Below are positions 1-9,955 of a stretch of 64,000 bases of DNA, piece by piece. Positions within the stretch are counted from its first letter, which is position 1; every line of letters starts with the position of its first letter. Origin of the DNA: Nitrosopumilus sp. GTDB taxonomy: Archaea > Thermoproteota > Nitrososphaeria > Nitrososphaerales > Nitrosopumilaceae. Where the stretch lies: contig OZ242041.1 in NCBI GenBank assembly GCA_965205215.1, positions 160,001 to 224,000 of the forward strand, read 5' to 3'. The translations under genes and the position numbers were made by a program. Under the pieces are notes generated by a model. That model had not been told where the DNA came from and did no database searches. It was given only the letters and a program-made list of their open reading frames with translations.

Positions 1-47
1 TACTCCGGCCGGGACGCAGCAGGAACCTGCATCCGGGCCGCAAACCA

Positions 48-119
48 GCCCTTGGCGCACACGTAAGATCGGATGCCAGATGCGGCAGGAGCGCCCCTGG
101 CGCACACGTAAGATCGGAT
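48..119. repeat. Direct repeat, 22-bp perfect core (TGGCGCACACGTAAGATCGGAT) x2, 45-bp period
   Basis: Identical 22-mers at 53-74 and 98-119; extends to 27 bp with one mismatch. Confidence 0.9.
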
Positions 120-180
120 ACGGAGGACGCCGGATGGCAGGAAGGGGGCTGGCAGACGCCCTCGCTAGGCACAAGCCTCA

Positions 181-194
181 GGAAAAACATATAA
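181..194 (+). promoter_or_regulatory. Probable BRE/TATA box of amoB
   Basis: GGAAAAACATATAA about 35 nt upstream of ATG 229. Confidence 0.5.
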
Positions 195-228
195 CGGTAT
201 GCTATTCCCCCATATAGCAAGGGATACT

Positions 229-798
229 ATGTTCGAAAAGAAGATTTTCGTATTAGGACTGGCCGCAGTGCTTGCGCTGGGAACACTTGGCTTCGACTGG
301 GTCGAGGCCGTCATTCCTACCGCAGAGGCGCACGGCGTCCAGGCACAACTCCAGAGCCGGTTCATCAGAATCGAGGATGAGACGTTCAACAGGCAGTCTC
401 TACAGACTGGCGAGACCCTCACATTGACAGGAACACTGGTCAGTCTCGTGGAAAGGGATCTTAGAGGATGGCTGTCCATCTTCTCAGAGTCCACGAACGC
501 CGGCAACAGATGGGAGATGCTAGCTAGGGATCCCCCGGGCAACGTCTTTGACATTCCTGGAAACAGCCAGATAGAGTATACGCTGTCTGCAAAGGCACTT
601 GAGGCCGGAGTGTACCACGTGCACACGCAGCTCAACGTGGCCAGCGTCGGGCCAGGACTTGGTCCGGGCCAGACAGTGGTCGTGGAGGGCGACAACATAC
701 TCAAGCCGATTCCATATGTGAACATCGCATACCAGTCTATCATTATAGGCGTCGGGTATGTGATTACGTTTGCCACGAGACCCTGGCAAGTGATCTAA
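229..798 (+). CDS. amoB: Ammonia monooxygenase subunit B (archaeal)
   Basis: Signal peptide, then mature N-terminus HGVQAQLQSRF, GVYHVHTQLNV copper-His motif, C-terminal TM ending TRPWQVI; start taken at ATG 229 (MFEKK). Confidence 0.97.
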   Translation: MFEKKIFVLGLAAVLALGTLGFDWVEAVIPTAEAHGVQAQLQSRFIRIEDETFNRQSLQTGETLTLTGTLVSLVERDLRGWLSIFSESTNAGNRWEMLARDPPGNVFDIPGNSQIEYTLSAKALEAGVYHVHTQLNVASVGPGLGPGQTVVVEGDNILKPIPYVNIAYQSIIIGVGYVITFATRPWQVI

Positions 799-807
799 CA
801 CCCAAAT

Positions 808-829
808 CCCTTTTTCCTTTCATTTTATC
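808..829 (+). terminator. Oligo-T terminator after amoB
   Basis: CCCTTTTTCCTTTCATTTTATC just after the stop codon. Confidence 0.5.
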
Positions 830-857
830 TCAGAGCCGTCGGTTCCGCACGTTTATC

Positions 858-1217
858 TTGAGGAGGCTACATACGTGCGCGTTGCTGAACTTTAAGATAA
901 TCAGGCTGGACATTGCTCAGAGCTATTTTACAGGAACGGTAGAATTCCGTTCAGACGCATACAAGGCAAACATCCAAGGCCAGAGGAGGGACAAGGTGCT
1001 GAGGCTTCCCTTCCAGCTGCCGGGATTCGGCGGCGGCGGGCCGGCAAGAATGCTGGTCAGGGTGTCGGGGCCGCGCGGACTCTACGTGGAGGACTGGCTT
1101 ATGTACGGCGGCAAGTCGGAGTGGCTTGAGATCGACTCGGACGCGATCACGTATTACCTGGCCGACCACCAAGACGAGCTTGACACGGTAGAGGTTGACT
1201 ACAACGGCGGCAAGTGA
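858..1217 (+). CDS. Conserved hypothetical protein downstream of amoB (start may be TTG 882)
   Basis: Globular composition (GPRGLYVEDW, SEWLEIDSDAITYY); resembles a Nitrosopumilaceae hypothetical from memory. Confidence 0.7.
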   Translation: MRRLHTCALLNFKIIRLDIAQSYFTGTVEFRSDAYKANIQGQRRDKVLRLPFQLPGFGGGGPARMLVRVSGPRGLYVEDWLMYGGKSEWLEIDSDAITYYLADHQDELDTVEVDYNGGK

Positions 1218-1497
1218 CGGCGGTGGCGTGGATGGTGGGGGTGGCAAACGCCCGGTCGCCGATACAGGCAGGCCGCGCAGCAGATGCGGCATCCTTGAAG
1301 CGACGCCGGGGGGGGGGACACGGCGGAGCCGCGCGCTCCCTCCTGCGCAACGCGCATGAACTATGGGCTTGGCATCCGGCAGGACGGATAGGCAGAGGCT
1401 GGTTCGGAAGAGAGGGGAGGGGCGGGGCGTACTGTCGCGCCACGGCATACTAAGCGTTTATGGAAAGGGATTTATCAACCGACGGCGGCGATCAATC

Positions 1498-2019
1498 ATG
1501 ATCTGGCCCGGCACCAGTGATCCGTACAAGCGCAAAAAGACGATACGCTTTCTGATAATTACGGCCATAATCGGGATATCGGTGGCGGCCGCCAGCGCCT
1601 CCATACAGTACGTGGTCAACGCGGACAACCCGCTCAAGGCCTGCATCAACGACCGCGTGACGCCCTACATGACCACCGCCACGCTCGAGCTGATAGTGGA
1701 CGGGATAGAGGCGGAGATTCCTGCCAACATCGGGAATACCGACGAGTGCCAGAGAACAATGTATACGCTGTCCGACGACGGAACGATATATGCAGAGTGG
1801 GAGGAGGAATATCCGTTTGAGATCGGCCACTTTTTGTGGATGTGGGACTTTCCACTCAGGGACATGGTACAGGACAAGTCAATGATATTTGTCGACGACC
1901 AGCCGTCACCGCACTTTACAAACCACCCGTTTACCGAAGGGGCCCACTACAAGGCCGTGTTTACGTCAAAGGACTACGACACGTCAAAGGACTCGGACTT
2001 TTTACCGCCGGGAAACTAG
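1498..2019 (+). CDS. Single-TM membrane-anchored hypothetical protein with extracytoplasmic domain
   Basis: KRKK followed by hydrophobic helix; acidic domain with two Cys; TTTATC box upstream of ATG 1498. Confidence 0.8.
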   Translation: MIWPGTSDPYKRKKTIRFLIITAIIGISVAAASASIQYVVNADNPLKACINDRVTPYMTTATLELIVDGIEAEIPANIGNTDECQRTMYTLSDDGTIYAEWEEEYPFEIGHFLWMWDFPLRDMVQDKSMIFVDDQPSPHFTNHPFTEGAHYKAVFTSKDYDTSKDSDFLPPGN

Positions 2020-2167
2020 CGCGCGGCAGGACTGGCGCCGGTCACGGCGCATCTGCAGGCAGAGGCAGAATGCCAGTGCTTCCGACGGCGGCGGGGCGGC
2101 AGCATGCACCATGGCAGAAAGACAACAAAGGACTAAAAATAATCATAAAATATGGAAAGGCAGGCAC

Positions 2168-2437
2168 TTACCAGTACTTGCCGTTGTCTGGAATCAGACC
2201 TATACCTTCACGCTCAAAGTGCCTGTCCAGCTCGTCGACCCATTTCTCACGGTTGTCCTTGTAGGCCCATCCGTGAACACGCAACCAGAATGCAATGATT
2301 CCAAGGAGGAATATTGTGAACATCATGGTCCCGAAGATGTAAATCATTACATCAAAGAATAGCGGATCATAGTTTGGTCCCAGCTGTCCTGAGATAGAGG
2401 ATAGGATGCTTAGGAAGATTCCTACTATTGGTTCCAT
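2168..2437 (-). CDS. amoY: Probable AMO accessory subunit AmoY (small membrane protein)
   Basis: 89 aa, hydrophobic helices, AT-rich codon style, own TATA (about 2457-2472); lies near amoB next to the amoZ-like gene. Confidence 0.65.
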   Translation of the reverse strand: MEPIVGIFLSILSSISGQLGPNYDPLFFDVMIYIFGTMMFTIFLLGIIAFWLRVHGWAYKDNREKWVDELDRHFEREGIGLIPDNGKYW

Positions 2438-2637
2438 AAAGAATCTGAACTATGTGTATGTTATATACATTTCTGTTCTTTGCTGCGGGCCGAACCGCAC
2501 GATCCGGCCAGGCGCAGGTGCCAGGCGCAGATGAGGGGTGAACGGGATCGATCGGGGCGATCGCACCGCCACGGCAGCCACGATAGCCGTGTACAGCATA
2601 CGCTAGGCGTCAATAATAAAAGAGAGAGCCAGAGGTC

Positions 2638-2970
2638 TTATCCCCGGCCCATTGCTGCGTATTTGCCAGAACGGCCCCTCAAGAAGAAGGCGCCTGCTAT
2701 ACCGCCAAAGACGGCGCCCGCTATAACGGACGCGCCCACGACGCCATCGGCGTCAAGGTATGGAGTTCCCGATCCGGATGCAGGATTGGCTTCCGCCGTC
2801 TCGATTCTCCTTCTCTGAATCTCCAATATCTCTTCGAGCGTATGAGCACCGGTCTCTCCGGCACCGCCGACATTGCCCATATACTGGGCAAATGCGATCG
2901 ATGCGGCGCCCATGGCACCAAAGAAAAAGACCGACAGCATGGTTGCTGTTAGTAGTACTTTCGTGTTCAT
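2638..2970 (-). CDS. amoZ: Probable AMO accessory subunit AmoZ
   Basis: Signal peptide (AFA|QY), helical LEEILEIQRRRIE, NPASGSGTPYL, Gly-rich C-terminal TM, RGRSGKYAAMGRG tail; TATA at about 3002-3011; synteny between amoB and rps15. Confidence 0.7.
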   Translation of the reverse strand: MNTKVLLTATMLSVFFFGAMGAASIAFAQYMGNVGGAGETGAHTLEEILEIQRRRIETAEANPASGSGTPYLDADGVVGASVIAGAVFGGIAGAFFLRGRSGKYAAMGRG

Positions 2971-3128
2971 AGCGTTTACCTACGGTGATTGTGATTATTA
3001 GTTATTTAAAACTTTATTCCGCACGGTGCCTGACGCAGGCGGGGCGGCGCCAACCCGTGGCGCCGTGCGGACCGGCCTGAAGGCGTACAGGGCGTGCGCT
3101 AGGCGTCACATAGCAAGACACGTGGGTC

Positions 3129-3452
3129 TCATCCACTGCCCATCGCCGCGTATTTGCCGGAACGGCCCCTCAGGAAGAAGGCGCCCGCTATGACGGACGC
3201 ACCCACGACGCCATCGGCGTCAAGGTATGGAGTTCCCGATCCGGATGCGGGATTGGCCTCTGAGGGCCCGATCCTCTCCCGAACCTCGATCAACGGTTCC
3301 TCGATCAACGGTTCCTCAAGCGTAGGAGGGATGGGATCTCCGTCACTGTCGACGTTGCCCACATACTGGGCAGGTGCGATCGACGCGGCGCACACGGCGG
3401 CAAAGAGAAAGACCAACAGCACGGTTGCCGCCAGTAGCACCTTTGTGTCCAT
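3129..3452 (-). CDS. Tandem paralogue of amoZ with shortened TM helix; possibly decaying
   Basis: Clearly homologous to 2638-2970; 8-aa deletion in the TM, EEPLI duplication, TATA eroded. Confidence 0.7.
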   Translation of the reverse strand: MDTKVLLAATVLLVFLFAAVCAASIAPAQYVGNVDSDGDPIPPTLEEPLIEEPLIEVRERIGPSEANPASGSGTPYLDADGVVGASVIAGAFFLRGRSGKYAAMGSG

Positions 3453-3601
3453 GGCATTTGCCTACACTAGTAGGGGTTGATGCCTCCTAAACCCCATCCG
3501 TACGGCGGTCAGATCTCAAACCACGCACGCAGGCGCAACCGCACCCAACGCGAAAGCAGTGGTTGGTAAGGTTTAATTTGACACCGCAGTTGGCAGGGGG
3601 C

Positions 3602-4051
3602 ATGGGCCGAATGCACACGCACAGGCATGGCAAGTCACATTCCATCAGGCCGCACGTACTGACAAAGCCCGAATGGGTAAAGCAGTCGGCAGACGAGATA
3701 GAGAAGACGGTAGTCAAGTACTCAAAGGACGGCATGACCCCGAGCCAGATAGGCATAAAGCTCAGGGATCAACATGCCATCCCGCTTGTCAAGGTGGTGG
3801 TGGACAAGACGATGGGAAGAATACTGGAGGAGAACGGCCTCAGGCCCGACATGCCGGAGGATCTTGAGAACATGGTAAGGAAGGCAATTGGCCTGCAAAA
3901 GCACCTCAAGGAGAACCACGGCGACCGCAGAAACATCAGGTCGCTTGAGCTCATCGAGGCAAAGGTGCACCGGCTGTCCGTATACTACAAGAAGATAGGG
4001 CGGATACCCAGAACTTGGAAATATAAATCAGTCGTGGCCCAACTCGAGTGA
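3602..4051 (+). CDS. rps15: 30S ribosomal protein S15 (uS15/S13e)
   Basis: MGRMH...GKSHS, PSQIGIKLRDQ, LELIEAKVHRLSVYYK. Confidence 0.98.
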   Translation: MGRMHTHRHGKSHSIRPHVLTKPEWVKQSADEIEKTVVKYSKDGMTPSQIGIKLRDQHAIPLVKVVVDKTMGRILEENGLRPDMPEDLENMVRKAIGLQKHLKENHGDRRNIRSLELIEAKVHRLSVYYKKIGRIPRTWKYKSVVAQLE

Positions 4052-5544
4052 TGCCCCCCTCCACGCCACAATCGCCAGCAGAGACGCGGACCGAACCTGA
4101 CACCTCGATTGACGCGTCGATGAGGGCGCTCCGTGACAGGATAAACGACTGCATAAAGTCAGACGGCAGCATCCAGGTCCTGACCCACATAGACTGCGAC
4201 GGCCTCACGTCGGGCGGCATCATGACAAAGGCCCTGATCAGGGCCGGAGCCAGGTGCGCGCTGAGTACCTCAAAGGAGTTTAGCGACGCCGCGATAGGGC
4301 GACTCAAGTCCGGGGAGCACGACCTCTGCATAATAACGGACCTGGGCGGGGGGTTTGCGTCAAAGCTGAACAAGTCGCTCGGGGCCGGCAAGTGGGCAAT
4401 ACTCGACCACCACCAGATACCGGAGGAGGAGAACGGCGAGGAGGGCGTGATAAACGCGTGGAAGTACGGGATCGACGGCGGCAGGGAGATATCAGCAGGC
4501 GGCATGGCGTACCTGGCGTCAGTCGCGCTCGACGACGACAACTCGGATCTCTCCACGATGGCAGTGGTCGCCGCCCTAGGCGACAGGCAGGACCAGGGCG
4601 AACGGAGGTCGTTTGTGGGAAAGAACTTTGAGATTGCAGAAACTGCAAAGGGGCTGGGAATGCTCGACGTGGACATGGACCTGCTGCTGTTTGGGAGGGA
4701 GACAAAGCCGCTTGCCGACGCGCTGGCCTACACGTCGCAGCCGTACATCGACGGGCTCACGTGGAACCGCGACACCTGCTACTCCCTTCTGACGTCGTCG
4801 GATGTAAGGCTGAAGGAGGGGGGACGGTGGCGCGTGCCGGCGGAGCTTGACGAGGACGAGAAGAAGCGCGTGATCGAGTCCATCGCGCAGTTTGCGTCGG
4901 GGGAGGGAGGGGCCACGGAGATAATGTCGGAGCTCATCGGGTACACGTACACGTTCCCAAAGGAGGACGGGCGCGGATTCCTGAGGGATGCAAGGGAGTT
5001 TTCCACCATGCTCAACTCGTGCGGAAGGATAAGCAGGGCCGGAATCGGGATCGCGATATGCATGGGAGACCGCAGCAGGAGCCTGCTGGAGGGCGAGTCC
5101 ATACTGAAGGACTACAGGGGCAGGATAAGGAACTGCATCAACATACTGACAAACGAGAGGTGGCGCATGTCGGCAATGCCTGACAAGCCGTACATCACGG
5201 TCAACGCCCAGGACGTGGTGCAGGAGACTATGTCGGGGACCATATCATCCATCATGGCCGGGTCCCCCAAGTACTCGGGCAAGATCGTGGTACTGTGGAC
5301 AAAGGCAGAGGAAGAGTCCATGATAAAGTTCTCTGCGCGCCGCGCCCAGGGCGCGGCAGGCGGGGGCGCCTCCAATGCGGTCAATCTGGGCGATCTGATG
5401 GGCGCCTCGGCGGCCGCGTGCGGCGGGGTGGGCGGCGGGCACAGCGCTGCGGCGGGCGCCAAGATAACTAAAGACAAATTGGATGATTTCCTGAAGGTTC
5501 TAGATGAGAATGTCCCTAAGATGCGCAGTACGGGTGAGGATTAG
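4048..5544 (+). CDS. DHH/DHHA1 RecJ-like phosphoesterase
   Basis: HIDCDG, TDLG, LDHH and GGGHSAAAG motifs; conserved position after rps15. Confidence 0.93.
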   Translation: MMPPSTPQSPAETRTEPDTSIDASMRALRDRINDCIKSDGSIQVLTHIDCDGLTSGGIMTKALIRAGARCALSTSKEFSDAAIGRLKSGEHDLCIITDLGGGFASKLNKSLGAGKWAILDHHQIPEEENGEEGVINAWKYGIDGGREISAGGMAYLASVALDDDNSDLSTMAVVAALGDRQDQGERRSFVGKNFEIAETAKGLGMLDVDMDLLLFGRETKPLADALAYTSQPYIDGLTWNRDTCYSLLTSSDVRLKEGGRWRVPAELDEDEKKRVIESIAQFASGEGGATEIMSELIGYTYTFPKEDGRGFLRDAREFSTMLNSCGRISRAGIGIAICMGDRSRSLLEGESILKDYRGRIRNCINILTNERWRMSAMPDKPYITVNAQDVVQETMSGTISSIMAGSPKYSGKIVVLWTKAEEESMIKFSARRAQGAAGGGASNAVNLGDLMGASAAACGGVGGGHSAAAGAKITKDKLDDFLKVLDENVPKMRSTGED

Positions 5545-5797
5545 CGATCTGTCAGAGTCGCAGGCCGGATCGGTCATAGCCGCGCTGGAGCCGGACAACG
5601 CCGGGATGCCGGAGGGCCTCGGCGTTGTGGCAAGGTACGATAAAGAGGGGGGCGGGGCGGGAAGGACCCTGACGCTGGAGTTTGAAGGCGTGGAGGACGG
5701 CGAGCGCGCTGCGCACGCCATGGGCAGCCTAGTCGGTACCGTCGACGAGGTGCTGGAGCACGTGCAGGTCGCGCTAAAGGTGATGGACAATGCTTGA
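5504..5797 (+). CDS. pcc1: KEOPS complex subunit Pcc1
   Basis: ALEPDN motif, size, position between DHH gene and serS. Confidence 0.75.
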   Translation: MRMSLRCAVRVRISDLSESQAGSVIAALEPDNAGMPEGLGVVARYDKEGGGAGRTLTLEFEGVEDGERAAHAMGSLVGTVDEVLEHVQVALKVMDNA

Positions 5798-7070
5798 CCC
5801 GGACGCGATAAAGGACCGCACCGAGGAGGTGAGTAAAATGCTCAAGGCCCGCTCCGTCCAATACGACCTCGACGCGCTGGTCGCCCTGGACGCGGAGAGG
5901 AGGAGGACCATAATCGCAGCAGACGAGCTGCGCGCAAAAAGGAACAGGATGGGCGTCGACATATCGCAGGCAAAAAAGAGGGGCGAGGACGCGTCACGCA
6001 TCATATCGCAGATGGGCAGAATGTCCTCCGACCTTGACAGCGCGATCGCCAAGTGTGACGAGGCAGAGTCGGCATACCGCAGGATGGCAAGGGCCATACC
6101 AAACATGATAGACAGCAGCGTGCCGGTGGGCCCCGACGATTCTGCAAACGTACAGGTCAGGACGTGGGGCGACGCTACGCGCCTCCGGAGGGGCGGCGGC
6201 GGGTACGAGCCAAAAAACCACGTCGACATCGCAGAGGGACTGGACCTCATAGACCTGAAGAGGGCCGCCAAGGCGGCGGGCGCTAGGTTCTACTACCTAA
6301 AGGGCGACCTGGCGCGCCTGAACTACGCCCTGATACGGCTTGCGCTCGACTATCTCGCAGAGAGGGAGTACGTGGCAGTCCAGCCTCCATACATGATAAA
6401 CCGCGACTCGATGGAGGGGGCCGTGATTGCAGACGACTTTGAGGACGTGATATACAAGATAGACGGCGAGGACCTGTACATGATAGGGACGTCGGAGCAC
6501 GCGATCGCCGCGATGCACGCAGACGAGATACTGGACGGCACGACGCTTCCGATAAGGTACGCGGGGGTCAGTCCGTGCTTTAGAAAGGAGGCGGGATCCC
6601 ACGGGCGCGACCAGAAGGGGATATTCCGGGTGCACCAGTTCGAGAAGATAGAACAGTTCGTGTTTGCCAGGCCCGAGGATTCGTGGGCCGAGCACGAGAG
6701 GATGCTGCAGACCGCAGAGGGGTTCTACAAGAAGCTGGGCATCCCGCACCGCACCATGCTGCTGTCCTCCGGGGACATGGGCAAGACGTCTGCAAAGACC
6801 TACGACATAGAGGCTTGGATGGCGGGCCAGCACGCATACAGGGAGATCGTCTCGTGCTCCAACTGCCTCGAGTACCAGGCAAGGAGGCTCAAGATAAGGT
6901 TCAGGGACCGCACCAACGACGCCACCACGTACGTCCACACGTTGAACAGCACGCTCGTGGCGACCACCAGGGTGCTGGTGGCCATAATGGAGGACTTTCA
7001 GACCGCGGACGGGCACGTTACGGTGCCCGACGCGCTGGTCCCGTACATGGGCGGGCAGAAGGAGATCTAG
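5790..7070 (+). CDS. serS: Serine--tRNA ligase
   Basis: N-terminal coiled coil, GTSEH, FRKEAG, GIFRVHQFEK, EIVSCSNC, HTLNST. Confidence 0.98.
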   Translation: MLDPDAIKDRTEEVSKMLKARSVQYDLDALVALDAERRRTIIAADELRAKRNRMGVDISQAKKRGEDASRIISQMGRMSSDLDSAIAKCDEAESAYRRMARAIPNMIDSSVPVGPDDSANVQVRTWGDATRLRRGGGGYEPKNHVDIAEGLDLIDLKRAAKAAGARFYYLKGDLARLNYALIRLALDYLAEREYVAVQPPYMINRDSMEGAVIADDFEDVIYKIDGEDLYMIGTSEHAIAAMHADEILDGTTLPIRYAGVSPCFRKEAGSHGRDQKGIFRVHQFEKIEQFVFARPEDSWAEHERMLQTAEGFYKKLGIPHRTMLLSSGDMGKTSAKTYDIEAWMAGQHAYREIVSCSNCLEYQARRLKIRFRDRTNDATTYVHTLNSTLVATTRVLVAIMEDFQTADGHVTVPDALVPYMGGQKEI

Positions 7071-7233
7071 GGGCGGCCGTAGCGCCTGCCTGTCCGGCAG
7101 GTTCCGGCGTCAGAATGCAGGATGCGGTCCCGGGCTACTTGGCATGCATGCAGGATCCGGCGCGCGGCCGTCCGGCTGGGGGCCGGCGGCCCGCTTGATT
7201 ACCCTTATATTTTAGCCTCGGGGGCTAGAATAA

Positions 7234-7845
7234 TTGGCACGCCGGAAGGGTAGGGTAAAGGACAAGTGGCGCGAAAAGCGCTGGGTTACAGTGCACGCCC
7301 CCCAGTCGTTTAACAGCGTCCAGATAGGGTACATACCGATTACAGACGACGAGACGGCGATAGGCCGCGTCATGGAGGTTACGCTGCACGACATACTCAA
7401 GGGGGACGCCTCGCAGTACCAGTACAAGATGTACTTTCAGATATCCAAGGTGGACGGCGACAAGGCGCACACAATATTCAAGAGGTTCGAGTATTCCAAA
7501 GAGTTCCTGAGAAGCCTGGTCAGGAGGGGCTCCTCTAAGATCAACCTCACGACTGACATCAAGACAAGCGACGGGTACATCTTTCGCATAAAGATCATCG
7601 CCCTTACCCACAGGCAGCTGAACACCTCGCGGCAGCACGCGCTCAGGCTTATTGCGCAGGACATAATCAACAAGACCGTCCCGGATATGACCATAGAGCA
7701 GTTCGTGCAGGCCACCTGTTACAGCAAGATCAACTCGGACATCATGGCCGCGTTCAAAAAGGTGATCAGGGTGAGGCACGTCGGGCTTGAAAAGGTAAAG
7801 CTGATCCGGACCGCAGAAAAGGAGACCGTCCTGCTGCAGGCATGA
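7234..7845 (+). CDS. rps3ae: 30S ribosomal protein S3Ae (eS1)
   Basis: KDKWREKRW, GRVMEVTL, LRSLVRRGSSKI; TTG start. Confidence 0.97.
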   Translation: MARRKGRVKDKWREKRWVTVHAPQSFNSVQIGYIPITDDETAIGRVMEVTLHDILKGDASQYQYKMYFQISKVDGDKAHTIFKRFEYSKEFLRSLVRRGSSKINLTTDIKTSDGYIFRIKIIALTHRQLNTSRQHALRLIAQDIINKTVPDMTIEQFVQATCYSKINSDIMAAFKKVIRVRHVGLEKVKLIRTAEKETVLLQA

Positions 7846-8044
7846 CAGACAGTCGTTTGACAACACGGTGCCTCTGATCATAACTGACTCCACCAATAAT
7901 GAGTATAGTCGGCCGTGATCATAATCGGCACCGATACTGCAGACGGTACCCCGTCCAATAACATGGGACTCACGGCGTCACCGCAATAACGCATGCAGCC
8001 ACATCCGGCCCTGCGCGACGCCGGCGGGCACCACATGACATATT

Positions 8045-8557
8045 TTGAAGACGATGAGACGCGCAGTGATGCCAAGGGAGAGAAGGATGGAGGTGTCGGC
8101 AAGCGTGATTGTGCATGCAACTGAGGATCCCAGAATAATCATAGGTGCCGCAAGCCAGATGCTGAGGATACAGGAGGGCGCATTTACCGGCACCGACACC
8201 ACCGGCCACTTTGGCAATCCGATATCGGTATATGATGCGAATGTTACGGGAGCGGACGCGGCGCTGTCTGTGCGGAGATTTGTCGGCATGCTGTCGGAAA
8301 AGGACGTGGACGCCTTGGCAGTCCAGATTCAGGAGAGGACGGTCGACTCGAGGCTACATCTCAGGATAGACAAGCAGGCTCTGATCAGGAACGGGCGCCT
8401 GGAGATAATCGGGCTGCATGGATCGGACGGACGCGAGGGGGAGGAAGAGGGGAACGGCGGCAGCAAAGACGCCATAAAGATAAAGATTCACACCCCCATA
8501 TACAGCAAAAAGGACGCCGTGCCCACGTTTGTAGAGATACTACGAGGCAGTGCATAA
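8045..8557 (+). CDS. DUF54-type RNA-binding protein (start uncertain)
   Basis: VHATED, GHFGNPI, LRIDKQ motifs. Confidence 0.85.
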   Translation: MKTMRRAVMPRERRMEVSASVIVHATEDPRIIIGAASQMLRIQEGAFTGTDTTGHFGNPISVYDANVTGADAALSVRRFVGMLSEKDVDALAVQIQERTVDSRLHLRIDKQALIRNGRLEIIGLHGSDGREGEEEGNGGSKDAIKIKIHTPIYSKKDAVPTFVEILRGSA

Positions 8558-9406
8558 TGAAGATTTACGGCGTGAACTCTGTTTGTATGAGATGTTCAAA
8601 CAACAAATGAACACACCGATTCTTGCTCACGGAGGGGGTATTTAACACTAAGCAGCGCTGAGTGTTCCTGCAAAGGCGGGAGACTGACCCGACATCCTTC
8701 CAGGCCCAGCGGCACTGCACGCGCGCAGAGTCTGGGCACAGATTAAATACCAAATGCGGCACAGGCAGCCAGGGAATGAGGAGATAACAGCCGCTCCAGT
8801 CCGAGCCCAGAGGCAGTGAGGATCCCGCGACGAACCGACCCTTTACCATCAGACAGAGCAGCCGGTATGGGACAAGATGCTCACAGGGGCGGCAAGCGCA
8901 GGATGGCAGATTATGCGCCGCACGGCTCCGGCGACGCGGCTGCCGGCTAGCCGGTTCGGTCCAATAGAGGCCATACACAGGCGCAGGTGATAACCACTTC
9001 GCATAAAGTCTGTTACAATACCCTCACGTTCCTGTCCTGCACGGGAATTTTTTGCCGCGATTGAAAGGCACGAGGATTCACGGACTGCCGGACGCGGCGT
9101 TCGGCAAGATCGGATTCGACGATTGGGACGACGCATTGCTCTCGACTCCAGCGGCGCGCATCCGCCTCCCACCGTCGTTATGCGGTGTCGCCCTTCCAGG
9201 ATCTGATCCCCCTCGAATCTGGATCGCCGGTTCCTGCTCTAGTCGGCAAGTCAGGGGGAACGTGGTTATAACAGTACAGAAACGAACAATTTTCTTGATC
9301 CGGTGATTGAATCATCTGGCCGCGACCACGCAACAACCAGCGGAAACGGCTTCTTAGAAACGGGCGGCCGCATTTTGGGCTTGGGGTACATAGGCAGCCG
9401 CAAAGA

Positions 9407-9820
9407 TCAGATTCTTGGTTTCACGTAATCGTGCTCATAACAGGTCAATTCGAGCTTGTTTCCATCAGGATCATCAAAGTAGATTGAATATGACAGATCG
9501 TGATCTACCAGGTCATTATTGGTTACTCTACGTTTTAGAGAATATACCTTTTCCTCGTCCAAGCTGCTTATGAAACTCACGAAATTCTCGCCGGACGCGC
9601 TAAATGCCATTCTGTTGACGGAGCCGTCATTGTCTTTTGTACCGTTAATCAAGGCAAGCTTTACCGTTCTGTCCTTATTTCCAATAAACAAGGGACCGGT
9701 CTTTGCCCATGCGCCAAATTCCTGAATCGGGCTCAGTCCGAAAATTTTTTCATACCACTGAGCAGCCTTGATCCGATCCCTTACGAATATCTCAATATGG
9801 TCGATGTCGCTAATTTTCAT
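9407..9820 (-). CDS. VOC (glyoxalase/bleomycin resistance) family protein
   Basis: IDHIEIFVRD...WYEKIFG and SIYFDDPDGNKLEL; AT-rich relative to flanks. Confidence 0.92.
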   Translation of the reverse strand: MKISDIDHIEIFVRDRIKAAQWYEKIFGLSPIQEFGAWAKTGPLFIGNKDRTVKLALINGTKDNDGSVNRMAFSASGENFVSFISSLDEEKVYSLKRRVTNNDLVDHDLSYSIYFDDPDGNKLELTCYEHDYVKPRI

Positions 9821-9875
9821 ATTCGACGGTGGCGAATGCGTGGTTCAAATTAATAAACGTAGCCACTTGCAGCAT

Positions 9876-9955
9876 GTATGCACTCAGATCCATTGAAGAT
9901 CCATGCCTATTTGTCAGCATTTTGAAATGTCACAGGCATGGACCTGAGTGCATAC
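9876..9955. mobile_element. 80-bp MITE-like inverted-repeat element, copy 1
   Basis: Ends GTATGCACTCAGATCCAT ... ATGGACCTGAGTGCATAC form an 18-bp inverted repeat with one mismatch. Confidence 0.6.

Noticed and set aside
48-119. 22-bp repeat as a mini-CRISPR
   Set aside because: Only two copies with a 23-nt spacer, no CRISPR-like terminus and no cas genes
8640-8960. Possible RNase P or SRP RNA in the non-coding stretch
   Set aside because: Could not find the GAGGAA-N-UCC/ACAGAA boxes or the SRP helix-8 CAGG...GGAA...AGCA motif on either strand; needs an Infernal scan
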